Below are positions 23,967 through 35,946 of a stretch of DNA of 64,000 bases, in pieces (within the stretch, counting starts at the first letter, position 1; each line of letters begins with the position of its first letter). Made by a program: the position numbers and the translations under genes. The stretch comes from Orbicella franksi. Its lineage: Eukaryota. The stretch is from contig OZ116699.1 of the NCBI GenBank assembly GCA_964199315.1, positions 2,232,001 through 2,296,000 of the forward strand. The letters run 5' to 3'. Below the pieces are notes generated by a model that had not been told where the DNA came from, searched no databases, and was given only the letters and a program-made list of their open reading frames with translations.

Positions 23967-24571
23967 AAGTTCGTCCAGACGGTTGATGAGTCTTTAGTAC
24001 AAAAACGGAGAGGAGGCATTATCCTTCTGTACGGATAATACGTCCTCTACTATAAAAAGGCCATTCACTTTTACAGCCATGAGAGTAAGAGAAAAGGCAA
24101 AACATACACCAAGCTCTGCTGCGTAACATGAGAAGACTTTTAATTTTAATTATGAAACGTTTTCCTACTCTATCTGTCAATAATGCAAGGCGTAGTATTG
24201 ACAGTGTTTAATTAGTGAGCCTTCTAAGTTAAATAAGGGAAAATTCGCTCAAGCTTTCGTTAGCTCGACAATTAAAAATAGAAAAATATTCAACATTTCT
24301 TTCATTGCGCTTGACTATATTAAACATTGCCAAATGAGGAAATACGCATCTTACAACCAGGACGAAAGCAATCCCTGCAAGGCAAGAATAGCTACCATTT
24401 GTAACGTAACACAAGCTCACATTTTAAAAGTTCCGTGTTCTTAAGTTATTTTGATGAAACACTTTCCAGCACCTGCTACCTCTTAGTAACCTGTTTACGC
24501 ACTCATTCCATTTTCATTAAAACATTTACACTTTCATCACACTTTATCAAACCTTCCTGTGACGAAAGAAC

Positions 24572-27388
24572 ATGTATCTCTGGATGCTAACCCTTGTCTG
24601 CACGACTGTGTACGGTATTAGCCGTATTTCACAGCCAGATTTGAAAGCTGTCAACTTCGCAAAAGCGATAGCGGGATACAAGCTCAATGGAAGCGTAATC
24701 AAGGAAATAGAAGTGGATACGGAACGTTCATGTCAGGTTGCGTGTGTCAGTGAAGAGACGTGCCAGTCTTACAACTTTGGACCCACCAATGGCACAAATA
24801 CTGCAAAGAAAAACGCTGAAAGATTCGTGTGTCAACTGAGCGACTCGGATCGATTCGTTGGTTTTGCAAACTTCGCCAAAGATAAAGACTTCATTTATAA
24901 AGGACGCCAGGTAAAGTTAAAATTCAAATAATATTGTAAATTTAACAAGAATGAATGCATGGTCTTTCATGATTGCTAAGACCCTAAATTTCTTCATAAA
25001 AACTTCAAACTTTTAAGATGAATCGAACAAAATGAAATGCACATTAAACAAAATCAAACACTTTAAGAGATATGGCTTCATTTCACTTAAACGGGTAAGC
25101 GAGGATCACGCAGTGGATTCGAATCCGATAAGTGGATTGAGTTTGCTCAGTTTGTTCTCGCCTTGCTCAGAGGGTTACTTCTGGGTTCTTTGCTTCTACT
25201 CCCTCCACAAAAACCAATTCTTCTAAATTTCAATTGGACCTAACAGTTAGGAAATAGCTGAAGATCCAGTTTTCTGAAAGGATAATGATAACATCGATTG
25301 AAGCAAGACTAAAATATCAATAATTATTTCACACAGAGTGCCTGTGAGACGGACAGTTCTCCTTGTGGTGACAAAGAAATCTGCATCCCCAACTATCAAA
25401 ATGACACCGTGCAATGCAAGTGCAAAGATGGCTTCATGAGAAAGCCTTGCAGTACGTAAAAACATTTGACATAGTGGAATTCAACTTTTGGATAAGGAAA
25501 TAAGATAATTTATTTCTTGCTTTAACAGAACCCCAGAGCTGTGCCAAACTTCTCCAAATTGGTTTCACATCCAATGGCGTGTACACAATCAATCCAGATG
25601 GCGGCAAACCAATACAAGTGTTGTGTGACATGGTCACGGACGGTGGAGGTTGGACAGTTTTTCAGAGACGTTTGGACGGTTCTGTTGACTTCTATCTTGG
25701 TTGGGAATCCTACAAAAACGGGTTTGGAGATCTGAACGGCGAGTTCTGGCTTGGAAACGACAATCTCCACCATCTGACAGCTACTGATGATGTCATACTG
25801 AGAGTTGACCTGGAAGACTTTGAAGGAAACATCAGATACGCTGAGTACACGACTTTTAAGGTGGCAGACGAGGCAGATAAGTACCGACTTTTGATTGGAG
25901 GATATAGTGGCACGGCTGGTGACTCGATGGCAGGGGCAGGCCATAAGTAAGAGTAATATTTAAGCATTTTCCGTATTATTACGAATGATTCGTTTTGGGC
26001 GACTGTACACTTCGCTTTTAAGGCTAGTGGCAACAGTTTCCAGCACTTTTCCAGCAGTAATACTTTGACTGGTCAATATTACCACACTTTAACAAGTGAT
26101 GGTATTACATTGATAGCAAACAATGGTTGTGGTCATCCTCTGGAAATAATAGGCTGCATAGCAACGATATAACCCGTTAACCCTTAATTTTACCTTTAAG
26201 TGCATATAATTCAAAGAAGGCTTGGTGAGGCCCATTTTTTATTATATCGAGTTGTGATAAGCATTCTAAAATACAACTTTTTTCCAACATTATGTCGATA
26301 GGTTTCAGACCCACGTTAAATTTTCGAAAGTCTGAAATGTCTCTGAAACTAACATTCTAAATTTTTGGAAGTTTTTGAACTTTCTAGTTTACTCTTTGAC
26401 TTAAATGTTGGCTCAGGTTTTCCTAAGTTTTTCTGTTGTTTTTATTATTTTATTGTCATTATTATTGTTATTATTTTTCTCTCAGTTGAATTTAACTTTA
26501 GATATCCTATCTCCGTGGCTCTCATCATAAATAAATAAATTAATTTTTTTTAAAAAAATCGCCTCAGTCTGCTTCGCTTCTTTAAAAATATACATGCTAT
26601 ATACAAGTGTTCGCGCCATTACAGTTAGTTTTGTTTTAATCTGTCGAAGGAATACAGAGCTACATGTAGCTGCTTCCCAAGGGGCCAGTAATTTTAAAAT
26701 TGTATTCTCAGAAAGCTAAATTTTAGTGTAAACTAATGAGGCAATAGGAGTTACCCCTAAGCCAAAGTAACCTCTGGTTAATGGGAGAGTGGGCGAAAGT
26801 TGCTTAACTGTTGCTCACCGAGCGACATTCAGAGTTAGCCATTGCCACCTTACCGTGCTTGAATCAGCCAATAAGAGCGCGCGTTAGAATCAACTTATGT
26901 CCAGTTAAAACAAAAAAACCAGTTGAATTCCATGTTAAAGCAGAAGTTCAGATAATGCTTCTAGTCGACACGATAAGTATTGCTTTCGATGATCCTCGTT
27001 GGTGGTTTGATTGTTTGTTTATTTGTTTCTTTGTTTCCTTGTTTGTTTCTTTGTTTGTGTTTGTGTGTTGGTCACCTTGTATCTTGGTATGAATTTCACA
27101 TATTGACAGATGTGCTGTTCATGATATAACATACAAACAATCTGTCATTTTTCTTTTAGTGGTATGCAGTTTTCTACGAAAGATAACGACAATGACAAGG
27201 ATACTGGCAGTTGCTCACAAACGTACAAAGGAGCCTGGTGGTACTATAAATGCCATTCCTCCAATCTTAACGGCGTTTACCTTAATGGTTCACATTCTTC
27301 TTATGCCGATGGCGTCGAATGGTACACGTTCAGAGGTTACCACTATTCTCTGAAACGCACAGAGATGAAAGTTAAAACCAAATTCTAA
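24572..27388 (+). CDS. Secreted PAN/Apple-EGF-FReD protein, copy 3 (366 aa); exons 24572-24910, 25337-25451, 25529-25946, 27160-27388
   Basis: Same motifs as copy 1; GT-AG introns with consistent phases; 1101-nt open spliced frame. Confidence 0.9.
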
Positions 27389-29351
27389 CTCTCTGGACGC
27401 AGGGTCATCCAACATTTCGACGCAAGAACAATTGTTTATTTGGAACCGCAATAGCGTGGAACTTTCTTTTGGTAGCAAAGGCTAGTCTAGTATTTATAAC
27501 TGTAGTAAATTGTTTCATTTATTGTGTTCATTATTTATAATATTTTGTTTTCGGAATACATTACGCGATTTTAGAGAAGGCTGCGCAAGCTCTTGCACAC
27601 GAAGCGGATTGAGACATAAACATTTTTAAAGAGCAGTACACACGATGCGACTTTGAAAATTCACGTCATTTTGTCCTGCTTCATGACTTACGAATTCAAA
27701 CAAGCTACACTGCACCATTTTGTGGGGACAAAACTGTGTCCCAACAACAGAACTTTTTCGGAAAAACGGGCATGTCACAAGAAGAACATTTTTACTTCAA
27801 CATGTCCTCGCACCATGTTACCTAGCGTGTGTACCGGCCATTCACTGTCTTGCTCACGAACGCAACTCAATGTCCTATATAAGCTAGGGTTTGAGTCACT
27901 TGCTCCATCCGAAGTACTCATCACAGTAACCGTTAGAACAGCACCAGGTAGGGAGGGTGTCGAGAAAGAGAGCAAGGCGAGATCCCTCCCCCCAACCCTT
28001 CTTCCTGCTGCTAGTTACTCCTTCCCGTCCCGCCCTCAATTTACTGGAGTGGAGGGGTATATCGTAATTTTCGCTGGATTGCCAAATGACTTTGCAATGA
28101 AAAGATAAGGTCCCAGATTGGTTTCTAATTAGTGTTCGGCAAACGCAACTCGTGCTTAAACTTTTCTAATGCATTGGAACTTAGTCCAGAATTAACTCAG
28201 AACTTAACTTGCGTTTTTGAATTTTGTAAGTGGGCAAGGTATGAACTTTATGTTTATATACTGTATGTAAAGGTTTCTTAAGTATAGAGTAATGGAAATA
28301 CATATTTTAAACGTAGTAATATATACTGTAGTCTTAACAAGAGTACTGAAAGCAGTGCCAGTATCGTGAAGTACGTTAACTGTTTTTGTATTGTTTAACT
28401 AGTGCAAGGTGTATGTACTTTAAGCAATAAAGAAAAAACTTAGTCCAGTCGTTTTTTCCGTTCGTTTCTACACTTAAAAGAGCAAACCGCTTAGAGGTTC
28501 TGGATTGGGATGTTGGAATTTCAGTTATCAAAATAATCTTGCGCGAATTTTTAACTTCGGTTAGCGTTTCAGCCCAAGTCTCAGCTTTTAGTGATATTTT
28601 CAAATCTCGAACCTCAGCTGTTTCTCAGTTGTTTCCCTGCTGAAGGTTAAAGTTTTGATCAACTCACAGCTATCAGCAAAACATCAATTCAGAACCGCTA
28701 TACTCTAATCTCGACAATAATTTATCAGTTATCTACTTGCGAAGTGAGCCCCTTTTCATCGGAGAAATAAAGACCAAGTAATATATACGGGTACCATTTT
28801 TCATGAGACCTGTCGAGCAACACTGTTGCACTGCCAAATTGGCTCTCGTTACCTTTTATCGATTATTGTCATTTAAATGATTTCTTACTCGAGTGTTGGG
28901 AAGCCTTTGCCTCCCACAGCGGCCTTAGAGCGAACACGCGGGAAACAGTCGCCATGTTTGTTGTAGTTTTTACCGTTGTGCTGCGGGTTTCCAAAAGCTC
29001 CTACATAATGTAAGTTCTTTAGCCGGAAAGAAAAGACAATTCAGTGTTTGAAAATCAGTTATCTTTGGTAATTGCTCGCGTAATCTTTCTTTTTAGCGAA
29101 TCGCGTACAAAGTTCAGAAGTGTGTGTGGATCAATCTTGATCTCGATTGTCGGAGTTTGTAAATAAATTCTGTTTTGAGACTACATTGGCAAGCGTCGTT
29201 GCCTGTAGCGGCCGGCAAGACAAGCTGTAGGACATATTGAGAGAGGAAGAAATGATTTTACACATGCGCAGTACAATCTACGTCGCAAAGTCTATTATAT
29301 AAGAAAGGCTGACCGGCGGATCTTCGCGCGTTAACCAAGCATTCCTGTTTA

Positions 29352-29763
29352 GGACCTGTTTACAAGGGGAGAGGGTTACCCTAGCAAGCGGGTTACCCTA
29401 GCACTCAAACATTTCCTCTTTTTTTCTGCGTCGTGTTTATAAGGCAGCCAGAGTTACCCAGGTAGGCGGGTTACCCTGTCTGCGTGTTAGGGTTACCCTG
29501 GCAGGCGTGTTAACTTTCTCCCGTGTAAACACTCCACTCCACTCCACTCCACTCCACTCCACTCCAGTTAACATGCCTACCCAGGTTAACTAACTAATTG
29601 TTTCCAGACCCTTTGAGTGTAACCGCGCATTTAATTGTCCCGCGTTGTAGGGTTACCCTACCTGTGAAATTTTGCTTGCGATTGTAAACCCGGGCTATCT
29701 TCTGCCCTCCAGCTATTGTTAACCCACTTGCTAGGGTAGACCTCTCTCCTTGTAAACAGGCCC
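29352..29763. mobile_element. PIF/Harbinger-type MITE, duplicated copy of 13691-14102
   Basis: Same TIRs, TTA TSD and flanks. Confidence 0.85.
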
Positions 29764-30892
29764 TTAGTATTTCTTCAGACGCTATCAGTTCCTGTGGCTG
29801 TCATGTACACAGCAAGGTTTGCCGTGAGCAACAAAGTACTTCAAAAACAGAACCGCTATAATTATCACTGATGTTTGTAGTCAGTAATATTCAGATGTTT
29901 CACGGTCATCTGCCCTCAATTTGCAACAGCGAACGAGCAATCAAAGTGGCATTTTCATTTGAGTGTCAAAATTCGGAAGATTTATTTCAGTTTAAAACGT
30001 AGAAAAATGTTTATTTACACCTTTTAATAATCAATTAAGGCACCTGCAACACAGATGGAGTAACGAGCCTTACATTTTGCGTGTTATTAATCACGAAACA
30101 GTGGGACCTCTATCATACTGAAAATGTATAAGATATTGGGTAGCTTCTAGATACCTGCTGCTCAAAGCTGAAAACAACACTATTTTCATTCTTGCACGCA
30201 TGATGTATAGAAACAAAGAGGGTTTTCGTGGCGACGTTGTTAAGTTTTGTTAGCTTTCATCAGCAAGATAGTTCTCTTGAGGAACAAACGTGATTAACTT
30301 TCCGTTAGGAGCCGTTTTTAGTACTCAATGTGAGTTTTTATTTAGACGATAAAGCTCGGTTTTTTTCGCCCAGAGAGAAAGAAAGTTCCATATAATTTCT
30401 TTTGCGACACACATGCAATGTTATACTCCATATTAAATGGCATAACTTCTTAAAACTGTCTTACGGAAAAAGGATATTAGAAGAAAAGGCGTGGAAATAT
30501 ATTTTACAGATTGTGGAGCCATTTTGGATGGAGAGGTTCGGCGCCAACACGGCGAAAATAATTCCAAATGAAATCGTGTGCAATTTGACTGCTAAAGCTT
30601 AAATATAAGGCAATTAAGACGAACATAAAACATAATTAAAAAATCGTTTTCTTTCTTTTTCTCTAGTTAGTTTGCTTTGTTTTCATAACGTAGTTTTAAT
30701 TCTTCTTTTTCAGCGATCCCACGTGGTTTCTGTTTGCTATTGGGACAACAAATACAAGATAAGTTATGATTTTTAACTTTGTTGTGATCGGTTATCATCG
30801 GTTAATTGAATGAATGCTCAAGCGGGGTGAGACTGCAATCGAATTAGCCACTGTAACATGACTGCAATGTCATCCTGTAGACTTTGGCCTAT

Positions 30893-31333
30893 TCCGGGGG
30901 GGAGTACTCCCAGAAAATTGGGTGGGGGTGTGCGGCCCGCTTCCTAAAATCCTACCCTATTTATGACCAAAATCTGCGATTTATGACCTGACAGAAGAAA
31001 AATTGGATTCCCGGCTGGCGAAGTTGCCCTAAACATAGTTTATGAAGAGCTCTCATTGATCGGTTTTATCGATAAAGATGAAAAAGTAGCTTCTTCTAAT
31101 AAAAAAAAACATACCCAATTCAAGACTAGATGCAAAAACCATATAATTTGGTTTTATTAACTGGGTTGATAATGTAATTTGGCCACCGTAAAGAGATTCG
31201 AAAGCCATACCCTATTTAACACCAAAATGGCCAAAATCTATGCCCTATTTATGACCAAAATGACTGAAAACCATACCCTTTGGGGCCGCACATACCTATA
31301 TAGTCCATATAAGGGAGTACCCCCCCACCCCTC
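30893..31333. mobile_element. MITE-like repeat, duplicated copy of 14815-15262
   Basis: Same termini and flanks. Confidence 0.7.
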
Positions 31334-33143
31334 GTGGCAAATTTAGTGATGATCACTACAACCTTTTTTCCTACATAACTTTAAAGTAGTTCTGTCCTTT
31401 TCTATTGATGTTAAGATTTCTCTACTTACTCATCTGTTACTTCAAGATCTTTGCTATCACCGTGATCTTCGTGCTAAGTGTTTTCTAAGTTATGTCGCCC
31501 TGGTTTGTCCGTCTCAAACTGAAGTTTAAATATAAACAGACTGGAACAGTCAGAAGTAAACTGTATGTTATCAGTGTATACTCTTCGACGTTTAGCAAAT
31601 ATATTCATCGAACCACCATCAATTGGGTGTATAACTGTTAAAACAACTGGGAAAAAGTTTGTATAACTTCTGCGGAAAATTAAAGGCCGATTTAAAGCGC
31701 GCGAAACACTATTTAGGCTTATGGGAACATTGCTTTATTTTTTCCTCTTTTTTTCAAAATTTTCAAAATTAAGTGAAGACGTAATTTATAAATTCAAGAA
31801 CAACAGGGAAGATGATCCCATGTTTTCTTGATGACAAAGATAACGTAACTGTATGATTTGGTAAGGGCATTGGTTAAGCCTGCAACTAATCAATTTGTAG
31901 CAAACATTAAAACTCTCTTAGTAATCGAACAGGAAATACCGGAAATACATTTGTAACGTAGGTGTGCAAGATATCAGTTGCTCAATCATTTTACGAAAAA
32001 TATCAAAACTGTCCTGGCAATCGATCATAAAATACCGGAAACGCCATCATAACTGCATGAGCCTGTCGAGATCTGCAAATAATCAGTTACTAAGGTCGTG
32101 AAAACGATCTGAATTCTTTATTTAGCTTTGCTCAGCCTTTTGAGTGAAATTTTGAGTGAGGCGATTTTTCAAAGGTTCACTAGCTTTGTTTTGACGATTA
32201 ATTCTGTCAGCTGGTTAAATGAATAATAGCATGTGTCACAAAAGAGGATAAAAGGTTCTAGATTTTAATTACTATTTTCATAAAATGAAAACATTGCACA
32301 AATGATTGGCAAACCGCCGTTTCAGCTTTGAACGGCTTTCAAACGGAAAAAAAAACACTTTGAGATACATATGTTGAGCAGATTTCCTAATTTCTGTTTT
32401 TTTTCTTTTAATTATTATTATTATTTATTTAAAAGAGCGACATTGAGATTAGCAGAAAAGGAAGCCAATAGCTCTATCCTTAACCCTTAATAACCGGTTC
32501 CAAGTTTAAACAAAGCATTTTAATTTTGGGCAATCCTGGGGCTATTGAGTGTACGTGTTAAGCCGTCAACAACAACCAGGCTTATTTTCCTTTGAAACGA
32601 GTGTATAATCTAAAATAAATTGGCTTTCAAACCTCCCTTTTAAATACAAAAAAATTCAAAGCATTTGAAACAAAATAGCAAAGGTAAAATGACATAACAC
32701 ATGGTTGATTTTAACCGTCTAAATCTGCGACGCATTCATGGCAGCAATTGTAGCACGATAAGGAAGTTTTTCGGCCGTCCATAGCAATATAATTGAGAAA
32801 TGCAAATCAACACCTTCCAAACTAAACTTTGGTCTTGCCACCTGCCGAGCAAAACAAATTATAAAATTTGATAATAAATTCCAAGTTGTTTTTTTAATCT
32901 TCTTGTAGTGAGTGGGGTTACTTTTCCAGTGAAGTGAATATTTCGTTGAACACTGATCGGGCATGAGGTTATATAGAGGGAACGTCCAAATGGTGTTAGC
33001 TAACCAGGAATCATGTGTACATTCTATGTCCCCTCCACGAACTTGGCAATAAATGTGCTTTTTGATCGTTTTAATTAATAACTTACTCCAAGCGTATTCC
33101 ACTAAGCTGTTTCTTCTTTCACAGTTTGGGAAAAGGGTTTTAA

Positions 33144-33319
33144 CAGTGGAATGGCGATTTTTCGAACCTCCAAGGGAAACGAAAATTGTTTCGAAAAAAT
33201 CAGACCGAGAAATCGGGGGTAAAATTACAGAGTTCGACTGAGGAGAGGGAACGACTTTTGGTTCGAGTTATCGGGAGGTTCGAGAAAGCTAGGGTACGAG
33301 AAAAGGCGGGATTCCACTG
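33144..33319. mobile_element. Tc1/mariner-pogo-like MITE
   Basis: CAGTGGAAT...ATTCCACTG termini; TA on the right side only (left flank reads TAA). Confidence 0.6.
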
Positions 33320-34815
33320 TATTTTCTGGCAATTGTGTGGTAAAGCTGACTGACATGACTTCAGGCAGCGTATGGCTGTATCTTTGTAATAGATATTTAT
33401 ATACTTATGAGTGGGCTTGAGGCTAATATAATAACCGGTGTATGCATACATAATGTTGCCTCAGTTTCTGCTTAATCCGAAATCAACGAGGGTCCATTTT
33501 CTCGTTGAACTTTACAATGAAAGTTGTGGGTAGGGTCAGGCCCAGGGCATGGATGAAGATTTGATGTTTCGGTGTCGGGCGCACGTATCATTTGCACATG
33601 TGTTTCGCCTCGGAAAAAAGATAGCGGCTAAAGTTACCGCATTGCTTCAATAATCATTAAAGTTCATTCGAGATCGGAGATTTTCACTCTGATAACACAA
33701 ATTGAACCGTGTAGATTAAATCTTTATTGGAAAAATCCTGGTTAAGATGACAGTTTGATCAACGCCGTGTGTGTTGTTTCAAAATATTCCAATGTGAATG
33801 GTAAACAACCATTCCACGACCCAAATCTTACAAAAGTAAAATTTTCGTGATTATTTTTGGAAAGTTAGGAATGCACCTTTTAACTTGAACCGCATTTCTT
33901 TACTAAGGATGAGTGCAAATTAACCCATTTAACTTCCCAGATCGGAGTGGGGATTCTCTTATCGTATTGCAAAACATTTCTTTTAGATAAGATGATACTT
34001 GATGAGTTTCTTTATTCTCATCACCATTCTGCTTGACAAAGGATAGATATCTGAAGGAGAGGTTACAGAACGATCAATCTTGTGTTAAACGAGTTCAGTT
34101 GCAGTCATCCTTATGGACGAGCCTAGTATATAAATAAATGATTTTTTATGTAACTCGTAAAATATGGATTCTTACTTTCAGCTTAACTCTTAAAACTGTC
34201 ATTAATGTGTGCTCTCAAGTAAAAAAACAACCCTTAAAGAGAAGAATAACATTAAAAAGTAATTCTCTCAACCCTAGTTTTATCTTTGAAAAATAAAATT
34301 GGTATTGGAGTTGTCAAAACAATTTGCTTTGCTTTTATATGTTTGTGGACGTGAATAGTTCTTTTTTACTATCATAACAAAGATGACGGGTTGCAAATAG
34401 TAACTAGGTAAATACCAAAATACGTGTAAATGAGGATGTTTTACTTTCTTGTTGAACTATACATTGGATTTTAAACAAGGGCAACCACCCTCAAGTTGCG
34501 ACATATTCGTTCTGAATCACATCTCGACTGTGTGCGGTACTATGTGAGCCCTTAACAACACAATTGTTGAGTCAAGTCCATTTTGCTCGTTAGGATATTC
34601 GTCCACAAGATATCTGGGACCTAGATTAACGAAAACCATGTTCAGGTCATTATAATCGTTTCATTCCTTCACGTTCTTCAATCAACAAGTGGTTGCCACT
34701 CGACTCACAATCTAGTCTTTTCAAGTTTGATGAGTGTAATGTTACTACAGTTCCTGTAAATACGTTTCAACGAAACCCCTGCAACCACCTCCTCGCTAGG
34801 GGATCAACCAACTCA

Positions 34816-35946
34816 TTAAACTTCAGTAATTTTGGTGTCGCGTTCGGAACTAGTTCGTCCAAACGGGATCTTTTCGTCATCACTTTGATTAAAAGCCGAA
34901 CCATTTTGCTTCGACCCGTGATTATTATGGATATGAGAAGACAGAGGTGCATTGTAACTGGAAAATCGCTTCCTTAAACAAGGACACACGTACACGAGGT
35001 ACTTTATGTAACCTCTCCTAAAGCGTCTCGTCAGTGTTCCATAGACCAGAGGATTTAGGCAACTGTGGAGTATCGAAAGAGGAACGTCAAACTTGAAAAA
35101 CACCTCCAAGGCAATGCGTCGTTCCTTTTCGCCGCCAAAGTCTAACATCATCCAAGAAAGCTGGACTGGCAACAAGCAAATTGCAAACACTAATACGATC
35201 ACTGCTACTGTTTTTAAAACCTGAACGTCTTCTTTGCGTGCGAGACGCAAGAGCGCGTTTCTGTCGCGTCGATTGTTGTTGAGACTTCGTCCTGGTCCAT
35301 ATCTCTCCGTGCTCGACTGGAGTAAGTCAACTGCTATCCTTATATACGCTGCCGTGATAATGGCCAACGGAAGTGAATACTGCAATACAAACAAGCACGC
35401 AGTGTAAGCCTTCCTGGCCTTCAACGAAGGCCAATTTTCAGAGCAGTCATAAGTTCCTGGTAGCCCTCCTTGTGCAACCAGCACTAGAGGAAGAACAGCC
35501 AGGAATGACGCTACCCACAAGCCCACCAACCAAACCATGATCTTCCATTTCAGCATCTCAGGTTTAAACGGGTTTGTGATCACATAACAGCGGTGTATTG
35601 CCATGGATGTCAATGTGAACACACTGACAAAAAACGTCATGGTTGCGAGGGGTGAAATGCTCTTGCAAAACGCCGTAGTGTGACGAAACTTGACCAGAAT
35701 TTTGGCCGTGTATATCGGCAGAAAGCCAATCATGAGGAGGTCGGAGATGGCCAAATTCACAATGAACAGATCATTGACTGTTCGGTTCTTCTTGCTTCGA
35801 ACAACCAACAACACTAGCGCATTTCCAACGGAACCCAAGAGAAATGTTAACACATAAACACAGAGCTGGGCTTTGTCTTCTGGAGTGTCAAGAACAGATT
35901 TCTCTTCGTTTTCTGCAATGGTGTCGTTTAGTGATGAGATTGACAT
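34816..35946 (-). CDS. Intronless class A GPCR, neuropeptide-receptor-like (galanin/allatostatin/QRFP-type orphan), 376 aa
   Basis: Seven TM segments; GN in TM1, NLAISD in TM2, HRC at the DRY position, ECL2 CSENW, NPLVY in TM7. Confidence 0.9.
   Translation of the reverse strand: MSISSLNDTIAENEEKSVLDTPEDKAQLCVYVLTFLLGSVGNALVLLVVRSKKNRTVNDLFIVNLAISDLLMIGFLPIYTAKILVKFRHTTAFCKSISPLATMTFFVSVFTLTSMAIHRCYVITNPFKPEMLKWKIMVWLVGLWVASFLAVLPLVLVAQGGLPGTYDCSENWPSLKARKAYTACLFVLQYSLPLAIITAAYIRIAVDLLQSSTERYGPGRSLNNNRRDRNALLRLARKEDVQVLKTVAVIVLVFAICLLPVQLSWMMLDFGGEKERRIALEVFFKFDVPLSILHSCLNPLVYGTLTRRFRRGYIKYLVYVCPCLRKRFSSYNAPLSSHIHNNHGSKQNGSAFNQSDDEKIPFGRTSSERDTKITEV

Larger units (their letters stand above)
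24270..32767 (+). repeat. Segmental duplication copy A', paralogous to ~8590-16696
   Basis: Same gene, same MITE insertions and same flank as copy A; carries an extra 417 bp at 29979-30395. Confidence 0.9.

Noticed and set aside
25110-25135. tRNA T-loop-like GGATTCGAATCC (also similar motifs at 33260 and 43105)
   Set aside because: No cloverleaf; these are parts of SINE/MITE remnants. No tRNA or rRNA gene was found.
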